64,000 nt of DNA from Bacteroidia bacterium. Its GTDB lineage: Bacteria > Bacteroidota > Bacteroidia > AKYH767-A > JBBKVM01. The stretch is taken from contig JBBKWX010000055.1 in the NCBI GenBank assembly GCA_037969175.1, positions 65,758-129,757 of the forward strand, written 5' to 3'. A model generated the notes under the pieces. That model was not told the origin of the DNA, made no database searches, and saw nothing but the letters and a program-made list of their open reading frames with translations. The translations under genes and the position numbers were made by a program. Positions 17,601-25,500 of this stretch are shown here, in pieces (position 1 is the first letter of the stretch; each line of letters opens with the position of its first letter).

Positions 17601-19920
17601 TATCACGGTCAATCCTATTCCCGGTAATAGTTTCAGCTTGTCTCCGCTGTCTCTTTGTGATCTCAATCCTACTACCGTAACATATACCGGGTCTGCAGGT
17701 CCTGCTGCCACTTATACCTGGAACTTCGGATCTGCAAATATCATTAGTGGTGGAGGTCAAGGACCGTATGATCTAAATTATTCCTTTTCAGGTAGCTATC
17801 CCATCACATTACAAGTGATGGAAAATGGATGTACATCTGCGATTCTGAGTCAAAATGTCTCTGTTTTTTCTACACCAACATCCGATTTTGGTATTTCGCC
17901 TATTCAAGGTTGTGAAGGTGAACCATTGATATTTACTTATACAGGAACAGCATCTCCAACGGCTACATACGCCTGGAATTTTAATGGTGGAACTGTTGTT
18001 TCAGGTTCTGGGCAGGGACCCATATCTGTTACCTGGCCGGGTACAGGAATCCCTCAGATTGATCTTACTGTGACCGAGAATGGTTGCACTTCAATTACAA
18101 ATACCTTGTTTGGTGTGATCATCCCAAAACCAACATCAGATTTTAATTTTGATCTGGTTTCAGGTTGTGAGAATGATGTCTTTACACTCACATGGACAGG
18201 TTCAGCAAATGGAAGTGCATTCTTTGACTGGAACTTTGGAACTGCAACTATCATTTCCGGCAGCGGTTCGGGTCCGTATACACTGAGCTGGCCAAGTGCC
18301 GGTATACATACAGTTACCTTGCAGATAGATGACTTTGGCTGTACTTCAACGGTCCATTCTGAAAGTGTTACAATTTACCAGATACCAAATACGAATTTTG
18401 TGATCTCGCCTTCTCCTATCTGTACCAATGAGATAGCTACGATTACTTATACAGGGAATGCCAGTGCTGCAGGGAGTTTTAATTGGAATTTCTGGAATGC
18501 GAATGTCATTTCAGGAAGTGGGATAGGCCCCTATCAAGTACAATGGAATGTGCCCGGATTTGAGATCGTTTCCTTGCAAGTTTCAGAGAATGGATGCAAT
18601 TCAGGTAATTGGGATGAATTTGTTCAAGTAGAACAAGCACCTCTTTCCGTTGCAGGGGCAAATCAAGTGATCTGTTCCGGAGATATCATAAGTCTTGGAG
18701 ATCCTGCCACAGTTGGGTGGAGTTATCAATGGATTCCTGCAACCGGGCTGAGTAATGCAACAAGCGCACAACCAAATTTCACACTGATGAATCCCGGACC
18801 GAATGCAATGGTTTTGGATTATATTCTGGAAGTGAGATCCGGGATCTGTGTAGATCGGGATACGGTTAGAATCACCGTTACACCTTTCCCTTATCTGGAT
18901 ATTCAAGCTGTTACAGGACAATGCCTGACAGGGAATAGTTTTAATTTTACTTCAGGAGGAACTTTTCTTCCATCTGCTAATGTAAACTGGATTTTCGGAC
19001 CTGATGCGAATCCTACCGTTTCTTCTGTCCAAAATCCAAACGGCGTAACATTCCAAAATCCGGGGAGCTATACAATTTATGCCAGCATCAATCAGAACGG
19101 TTGTCCGGGGAATTTAGATTCAACAATAGTAGACGTTTACCCAATGCCTGTTGCCGATTTTTCTTCTGATATCCAAAAAGGTTGTCCTCCATTGGAAGTG
19201 CAATTTATCGATCAAAGTACAGGTGAGCCGGCTGTTTCCCATGCATGGAATTTCGGAGCTGCAGGGAGCTCAACCGATTCAGATCCATTGCATGTTTTCC
19301 CTGTATCGGGAGTTTACAATGTTTCACTTACAGTAACTACAGCAGACGGATGTACTTCTACAGCTACTCAGCCAAATTATATTGAAGTGGATCCGCTACC
19401 ACAAGCACTTGCTATTGCTGATCCAATAAGAGCGAGTATCCTGAATCCATTATTCCAATTTTCTTCTGTTGGCTTTTCTGTCGACAGTTGTTTCTGGGAT
19501 ATGGGTGATGGGAATATAGTATCCGGATGTGATATTCAATATGCATATGCGGATACCGGAAAATATGAAGTGACACTTTATACTGTAAGTATTAATGGTT
19601 GTATTGACAGTATCAAAGTGAATGTATTCGTTGATGCTGAATATACATTGTATGTTCCAAATGCATTTACACCAAATGGAGATGGAAAGAATGATCTTTT
19701 CAGAGCAATTGGTCAGTATGTGAACAATTTTGAAATGATCATTTTTAATCGATTAGGAGCAATCGCTTTTGAGACGAATGATATCAATGCATATTGGGAT
19801 GGTAAGTTCAAAGGAACAAATGCAGAAGCACCCCAGGGTGTGTATTATTATATCCTGAAAGCACAAGATAGCAGGGGTAGATTCCATGAGATCAAAGGGA
19901 ATCTGAGCCTGATCAGATAA
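14662..19920 (+). CDS. Giant secreted cell-surface protein (1752 aa). The N-terminal region holds two PPC-like (pre-peptidase C-terminal-like) beta-sandwich domains. Eleven tandem ~85-aa repeats follow, then Ig/PKD-like domains and a T9SS type-B CTD (CHU_C).
   Basis: The signal peptide is 'MKAFTLIGLMLLCIPVFSQ', so the true start may be the ATG at 14698. 'NEVWYTF...SLVLTINSG' and 'NDSWFQFTV...GTIEWTA...YDWALYD' are PPC-like motifs. The repeat unit is 'PTSTFTxxxxxCxGxxxxxTYTGxAxxxATYxWNFGGAxxxSGSGQGPYxxxWxxxGxxNxSLxVTENGCxS', 11 times. The C-terminus 'YVPNAFTPNGDGKNDLF...YWDGK...GVYYY' is the CHU_C domain. Confidence 0.9.
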   Translation: MNLSRNERTFISMKAFTLIGLMLLCIPVFSQVPANNLCSNSQVITISPSGTTCVSGTNLNATSDGFFNACNAPTGGNEVWYTFIATGTNNTITVNPAAGAGAAQSLVLTINSGNCSTPASLICDAAPGPGGSASASWVFTQGVQVWFEVTTLGAAGNFDVCVTSVTPPPNPGGTCPTATTLCDKSDFTVTTLPVGTSGYMTGCFSNSPQNDSWFQFTVGVTGTIEWTATPNGLTEYDWALYDISAGCPGTQIACNYFYSNSLGAPFGMSAASVGCILDDFCPSLIVTAGNTYVLQIDNFDANGVGFDFVWGGTFKIAPTSSFSVNTPTGCGVVNTGFTNTSVGASSQTWNLGNGNTSAAVSPAVQNYPSPGNYLVALTVSSATGCTQTSTNVVTVKSIPTSTFTNTLSVCVGAAATITYTGTALAAATYTWAFAGGTIISGSGQGPYQVSWATPGVKNVSLLVTENGCVSAITNNNVTVNAIPTSTFTANATACVGQNYNVSYTGTASAAATYAWNFGGAAIVSGSGQGPYVLTWPAAGPRSITLTVTENACVSVQTQVNLTVNSVPTSTFTATPALCVGSSATVTYTGSGSALATYNWNFSGGTISLGSGQGPYQINWASPGIKNLGLTVTENGCTSASTAVNVTVHPIPTSTFTITPSACVNQAVAITYTGSATAGAAFTWNFGGATVISGTGQGPYSISWPVSGTPNVSLSVTENACVSPITILPITINPIPTSTFTIPAQSCAGDTVSLVYTGTGGAGATYNWSYVPASFVSGAGQGPIQISYAGAGAFLPTLTVIQNACTSAVSNQPITVYPIPSSAFTINAVACEGDTLTVTYTGSSLPGATYNWNFGSATVISGAGQGPYLVKWFGAGNYSVSLQVTENSCLSPITSSPILVKPVPIASFSMPIVACQGDTITITYTGNATALATYNWTLGSAVLVSGTGQGPIRVSWNSSGVQNISLQVTENGCSSINQLQSITVNPIPGNSFSLSPLSLCDLNPTTVTYTGSAGPAATYTWNFGSANIISGGGQGPYDLNYSFSGSYPITLQVMENGCTSAILSQNVSVFSTPTSDFGISPIQGCEGEPLIFTYTGTASPTATYAWNFNGGTVVSGSGQGPISVTWPGTGIPQIDLTVTENGCTSITNTLFGVIIPKPTSDFNFDLVSGCENDVFTLTWTGSANGSAFFDWNFGTATIISGSGSGPYTLSWPSAGIHTVTLQIDDFGCTSTVHSESVTIYQIPNTNFVISPSPICTNEIATITYTGNASAAGSFNWNFWNANVISGSGIGPYQVQWNVPGFEIVSLQVSENGCNSGNWDEFVQVEQAPLSVAGANQVICSGDIISLGDPATVGWSYQWIPATGLSNATSAQPNFTLMNPGPNAMVLDYILEVRSGICVDRDTVRITVTPFPYLDIQAVTGQCLTGNSFNFTSGGTFLPSANVNWIFGPDANPTVSSVQNPNGVTFQNPGSYTIYASINQNGCPGNLDSTIVDVYPMPVADFSSDIQKGCPPLEVQFIDQSTGEPAVSHAWNFGAAGSSTDSDPLHVFPVSGVYNVSLTVTTADGCTSTATQPNYIEVDPLPQALAIADPIRASILNPLFQFSSVGFSVDSCFWDMGDGNIVSGCDIQYAYADTGKYEVTLYTVSINGCIDSIKVNVFVDAEYTLYVPNAFTPNGDGKNDLFRAIGQYVNNFEMIIFNRLGAIAFETNDINAYWDGKFKGTNAEAPQGVYYYILKAQDSRGRFHEIKGNLSLIR

Positions 19921-21439
19921 GTTCTTTACCGCTCATCTCAATAGGTTTATCAATTCCCATGATCTTCAAAATTGTAGGTGCAATATCAGCGAGCTTTCCA
20001 TCCATTACGCTTTCCGTATGATTTGATGAGATCAGGATCCAAGGAACCGGATTTGTAGTATGTGCTGTATTGGGTGTGCCGTCATCATTGATCATATAAT
20101 CACCATTTCCATGATCAGCAGTAATAAGAAAAGCGTACTTGTTTTTCAATCCGGCTTGAACAACTTCTTTAACACATTTATCCGTCGTTTCCACTGCTTC
20201 TATTTCTGCACTGTAAACCCCGGTGTGGCCTACCATGTCCGTATTTGCAAAATTGAGACAGACAAAGTCTACTTCTCCTTTTTCTAATTCAGATACAATT
20301 GCATCTTTTACTTCAAATGCACTCATGGAAGGTTTCAGATCATAGGTGGGCACTTTGGGAGACGGGATCATTATTCTTTTTTCACCATTGAAAATTGCTT
20401 CTCTTCCGCCGGAAAAAAAGAAAGTGACATGAGGGTATTTTTCTGTTTCAGAGATCCGGATCTGGCTTAGATCGTTTTTAGAAATAACTTCACCAAGTGT
20501 GTTTTCTAAATTATTTTTTGGAAACAATATATGAATGTTTTTAAAATTTTCATCGTAAGGTGTCATTGTGGAATAATGAAGATCCAGTTTTTTCATTTCA
20601 AGATCAGACATATCAGATTGAGTTAATACTTCTGTTATTTCTCTGCAGCGATCTGTTCTGAAATTGAAGCAAATGACAGCATCACCACTCTTGATCGCAT
20701 GTTTATTATTCATGCCACTTGCAGCTAGAACTAATGGATCCATAAATTCATCCGTTATTCCATCTGCATATTTCGATTCTATGCTATTAATCAGGTCCAG
20801 ACTTTCTTCTCCTTTGCGATGTACTAAAAGGTCGTATGCATTTTTGATTCGCGTCCATCTTTTATCTCTGTCCATTGCATAGTACCTGCCTATGATACTA
20901 ACTAGTTTTGCTTTTTTGTTTTGAATAAATGAAAGCAGTTCAGAGATAAAATGAATTCCACTTTTCGGATCCGTATCTCTACCATCTGTGAATCCGTGAA
21001 TGTATATTTCATTTAAACCGGCTTCTTCAGCCAGATCAGATAATGCTATAAGGTGATCGATATGTGAATGAACTCCACCGTCTGAAATTAGCCCCATCAA
21101 ATGCAGGGGCTTGTTGTTAATTCTGCAATATTCAAATGTTTCAATTAATGTCTCATTTGATCTGAGTTTATCTTCAGCAATCGATTTATTTATTTTAACA
21201 AGATCCTGATAGACAACTCTACCCGCTCCTATATTTAAATGACCAACCTCAGAGTTGCCCATTTGTCCTTGCGGTAAACCGACAGCTTCCCCGCTGGTAT
21301 GAAGTTTTCCATTTGGGTAGTTCCGAATGAGTTCATCATAAAATGGCGTATTGGCAGCTAATATCGCATTTGCCGCATTCATAGGCCCAAGGCCCCATCC
21401 ATCCATTATGATGAGTACTAATTTTTCTTTTGGGATCAT
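19913..21439 (-). CDS. gpmI: 2,3-bisphosphoglycerate-independent phosphoglycerate mutase
   Basis: 'LVLIIMDGWGLG' and 'SEVGHLNIGAGR' are present. The protein is 508 aa. The C-terminal 'ADHGN' phosphotransferase motif is present. Confidence 0.95.
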   Translation of the reverse strand: MIPKEKLVLIIMDGWGLGPMNAANAILAANTPFYDELIRNYPNGKLHTSGEAVGLPQGQMGNSEVGHLNIGAGRVVYQDLVKINKSIAEDKLRSNETLIETFEYCRINNKPLHLMGLISDGGVHSHIDHLIALSDLAEEAGLNEIYIHGFTDGRDTDPKSGIHFISELLSFIQNKKAKLVSIIGRYYAMDRDKRWTRIKNAYDLLVHRKGEESLDLINSIESKYADGITDEFMDPLVLAASGMNNKHAIKSGDAVICFNFRTDRCREITEVLTQSDMSDLEMKKLDLHYSTMTPYDENFKNIHILFPKNNLENTLGEVISKNDLSQIRISETEKYPHVTFFFSGGREAIFNGEKRIMIPSPKVPTYDLKPSMSAFEVKDAIVSELEKGEVDFVCLNFANTDMVGHTGVYSAEIEAVETTDKCVKEVVQAGLKNKYAFLITADHGNGDYMINDDGTPNTAHTTNPVPWILISSNHTESVMDGKLADIAPTILKIMGIDKPIEMSGKELI

Positions 21440-22407
21440 GATACTTTATCACATTTAAAACAGATCTCAAAGATACTACCCTTAGGCGAATTATCCTTTA
21501 TGACAATTTTCCCGGAATGTTTTTCAACTATATTATTTACAATATATAATCCGAGTCCGGTACCTTGCGATTTTCGCGTTTCTTCGTTACCTACCCTATA
21601 AAATTTTTGAAATATTTTAAGCTTTTCTTCATCATCTATTCCTAGTCCTTTATCAGCCACAGAAAGAAAGATATTATTTTTCTCTTGTATCATCTTTACT
21701 TCAACTTCAGCTGGCGTGTCACTATACTTAATTGCATTACCTACAAGGTTTCTAATAAGAATATCAAAAGCCATTTTGTCAATATTGTAACTTATTTCAG
21801 GTTCAATATTTCTGGTAATTATTATACTTCCTGTATGTTCTTTTTCATAATCATTAAGTACTTTTTCAAGGATTAAACTAAGGTCACTTTCTTCAGGATG
21901 AAAAAGATAATTTCTATTGTCGAGCATAGCAGCCATCAATACATTTTCAACAAGTTCATGAAGCCTCAGGGTATCTTCTAAAGAATTGTCTATCATTTCA
22001 ATTTGCTTATCTCTTGATAACTCACGAATCTTCATGGTCTGTAATGCAAGCTTGATCGCTGATATAGGTGATTTGAATTCATGCGTTACGGATAATAAAA
22101 AGTTCCGTTGTTGTTTTGAAAGCAGAATTTCCTTTTTAAAAGCATTACGTGTTTGAACAACTCCAATAGAAAGGATTATGATAAAAACTAATCCTTCTCC
22201 TGCGATCATCATCCATTTATTCTTTAAACTATTTTCAAGAATTCCCTTTTCATTTAAATATTCAGCATGAGACTCTTCCGTCAAGGAGAGATTTTCTATT
22301 CTGTGTTCATAAACTTCCGCATTCAGGTCTACCAACAGAACAGCCCACCAGGTGAATTGCAAAAACACATAGATAACAAGCACATAAAAGATAACAAGCA
22401 ACCGCAT
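21436..22407 (-). CDS. Membrane sensor histidine kinase (HisKA + HATPase_c), two transmembrane segments
   Basis: The H-box is 'SVTHEFKSPISAIK'. The N-box is 'LIRNLVGNAIKYS'. The G-boxes are 'DKGLGIDDEE' and 'GTGLGLYIV'. Its stop overlaps the gpmI start (ATGA at 21436-39). Confidence 0.85.
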   Translation of the reverse strand: MRLLVIFYVLVIYVFLQFTWWAVLLVDLNAEVYEHRIENLSLTEESHAEYLNEKGILENSLKNKWMMIAGEGLVFIIILSIGVVQTRNAFKKEILLSKQQRNFLLSVTHEFKSPISAIKLALQTMKIRELSRDKQIEMIDNSLEDTLRLHELVENVLMAAMLDNRNYLFHPEESDLSLILEKVLNDYEKEHTGSIIITRNIEPEISYNIDKMAFDILIRNLVGNAIKYSDTPAEVEVKMIQEKNNIFLSVADKGLGIDDEEKLKIFQKFYRVGNEETRKSQGTGLGLYIVNNIVEKHSGKIVIKDNSPKGSIFEICFKCDKVS

Positions 22408-22451
22408 ATCCGAAAGATACAGATTTATCCTTGATCATATTGTGGCCTTTT

Positions 22452-22487
22452 ATACAAAAAAAGCCCCTTGAAAAGGGGCTTAGAAAA
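22452..22487 (-). terminator. Rho-independent terminator after the giant PKD gene (minus strand)
   Basis: Hairpin 'agcccctt gaaa aggggct' at 22462..22480. On the minus strand a T7 run follows it (plus-strand 'aaaaaaa' at 22455-61). Confidence 0.55.
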
Positions 22488-22506
22488 ATGATTTGTATAG
22501 ACTTAA

Positions 22507-25500
22507 TTATTTATCCTCGAAATAAACTGTATTCGGATTTGTTTTTTTCAAGAATTTCCAATTACCATGGATGTCTTGTTTTTCAATTATATAATAATCA
22601 ACATCTGTGTCCCAACCAAAATAAGGTGTCCATGTCAATACATTGGTATCATTAACCCGCTGAGCTTTCAAGAGTACAGAAACACCCGGATTACTCATCA
22701 ATGAATTGACATCGCAATTGTTCATCGCTTTTACCTCATATTGATATTTATTTGCTTTTACATCTACATCCATATCCAAATAGTTTTGATTGCCCACAGG
22801 AATTGATGTCACAAATGTGTAATTACTATTATTGGTATATCGGTATACATTGTAATAAGCTACTTTATCAGGGAAATTAACCGGAGCTTTCCATTCTGTA
22901 TAAACATATTTATCTCCTTCAACAGTTGATCTGATGATCTCTACTTGCTGGTCAGATAAGAAGTCTATCGGTCTGGCAACAGAGGTGTCACTTAAAGATA
23001 TGTATGGTTTACTACAAAGATCATTACCAATGATCAGATATGAATAATCCCGTGGACATGGAATATCAGTATCCAAAAATTCAAATACATTTCCGGGTAC
23101 AGTACCGACTTTCACCGTGGCTCCTGAGATCAAATCCGTTCTCAATATGTCATATTGACTTACCGAACAACCACCGTAAGCATTCCAGGTTACATTGATA
23201 TCTAGATTATTCGCAATGGCAGATACATTTATTGTACTGTGAGCTGTAAGCTGATCCAATCCGATCTCATATCCACAGATGTCTCTTGTAAGCAATTTAT
23301 AAGTGTAGACATTATCCAAAGTATTCAACGAACTGTCAACAACCATTGTATCCAGCGTAAATGTTGTGCTGTTCGGATTATTAATAACCCTGATAGGATC
23401 AAAAGATCCATTGACCTGATTGTATCTGTATAGAACATAGGATTCCAGATCTATCGCAGTATTTTGTTCCCATGAGATCTGTACAGTTGTATTTGATGTA
23501 ACTGTTACACTCAATATATTCGTTATCGCAGGTGGTATCGTATCATTTACTCTTATCATATTTGGAAGAGACATCGTATCCGAACATCCATTGCTATTCG
23601 TTACAACAAGTGATACATTATAAATACCCGGTAGTGGATAAGAAACTGATGGGTTTGTAGCAGTTGATGTAGTGCCATTTCCAAAATCCCAGAAATAGGA
23701 AGCTCCAAATAATTGAGAACTGTTATTCATGAAATTTGCAATAAGTGGTGGACACCCGATATTCACATCGACAGTAAAATCAGGCACCGGGGTTTCGTCT
23801 ACAACAAAGGGACTGGCAAAAACAAATGTATCCGTGCATCCGAAATTATTACTCACTATCAAACTGGCATAGTATGAACCTGCATTCAAATAAACATATG
23901 TAGGATTTGGTAAAGTCGAAGTACCGCCATCGCCAAAGTTCCATTCAAAAGTAGTTGCACCGCTAGACTGTTCATTGAATACCACTGTGTATGGATTACA
24001 GCCTTGTGTTCCGGTTGCAGTGGCCATAGCCGTTGGTGAAGGATAAACAGAAAGTGGGCCCGGATAAGTAAAGAATGATTGGCATCCCAGACTATCCTGA
24101 GTGATCAAGGTAACCGTATAAGATCCTACATTGGAATACGTATTAATAGGATTTTGTAATGTGCTGGAACTTCCATCACCAAAACTCCAATTCCAGGAAA
24201 TGGCATTATATGAAAGATCAGTAAAGTGTGCTTCCAGTGTGGTACAACCACTTGTAGGTGCTACCGAGAAATTAGATACAGGTCCCGGAATAGCAATATA
24301 ATCCACCTTTATCAAGGTATCAATACAACCAATACTATTCGTAACTATTTGTGTTATCGTATAGAATCCGGCAATATTGTAAATATGAGATGGGTTTTGT
24401 GATGTTGAATTTGTTCCGTCTCCAAAATCATAATACCAGCTCACAGCATCTATCGATTGATCAATAAAATTCACCAATGTTGGTGCACAAGCTGCTACTG
24501 TTGGGGTGTAAAATTCAGCTTTCGGTTTTATAACATTTACTAATACCGGATATACTATTGTGTCATAACATCCGGTAGTTGATTGTGCGATCAAGGTAAC
24601 ATCAAATGCACCTCCTGCAGTATACATATGAACCGGATTTTGTACTGTACTGGTATTTCCATCACCAAATATCCACAACCAGGAAATAGCATTTTGTGTG
24701 ATATCCGTGAAAGTTGTGATCAATGGAGCACAGCCACTTGTATTGCTTGCAGTAAAATCAGAAACGAAATAATTTACATTTGGACTTGACTTTGTTCCGC
24801 TGCATCCATTTGAATCATTGATCGTCAAATTAATATTTCCACTCGGAGGTGAGTTATATATATGTACCGGATTTTGTAAAGTTGAACTGGTTCCATCACC
24901 AAAATCCCACATCCATGAAGTAGCATTTGTACTTAAACTTGTGAAAGTTGCTGTTATTGGAAAACAAGATCTGTTTTGAGTAAATGTGAAATTTGCATTC
25001 GCCGCATTTACTGTAATGGCATTCGAGATCGACTTTGTTTGACTGCAATTATTTTTTATTGCAGTGAGTGTTATTGTATAAGTGCCGGGTGTTGTATATG
25101 TATATGTCGGATTTTGCAAATTGGACGTCACACCGTTTCCGAAATTCCATAAATAGGACGTGGCATTTGTCGATGTGTTTGCCAAAGTAATGCTAACCGA
25201 ATTACACCCTGATGTAGAGCTGGTGATCGAGAAATCCGCTAATGGATTGTTTACTTTTACAATAGGACTTATGGTGAATGTTTGCGAACATCCACTCGAA
25301 TCAGTAACAGTAAGTGTTACTGAATATGTGCCAACTGTACTGTATAGTTTCTTTGGATTTTTTTGAGTTGATGTTGTTCCGTCCTTGAAATCCCAGAGAT
25401 ACGAAGCCATATTATTCAAAGAGCAATTGAATTGTATCGTATCACTGGTACAAACTTCTGTTTGATTTGCAGTAATTGGATTTGTAACTCCAACTGTTAT

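Noticed and set aside
15329-18921. Antisense and internal-frame ORFs within the 14662..19920 gene, and Cys-rich plus-strand ORFs at 15813..16454
   Set aside because: They are alternative frames of a Thr/Gly/Ser-rich repeat gene and are artefacts of codon bias.
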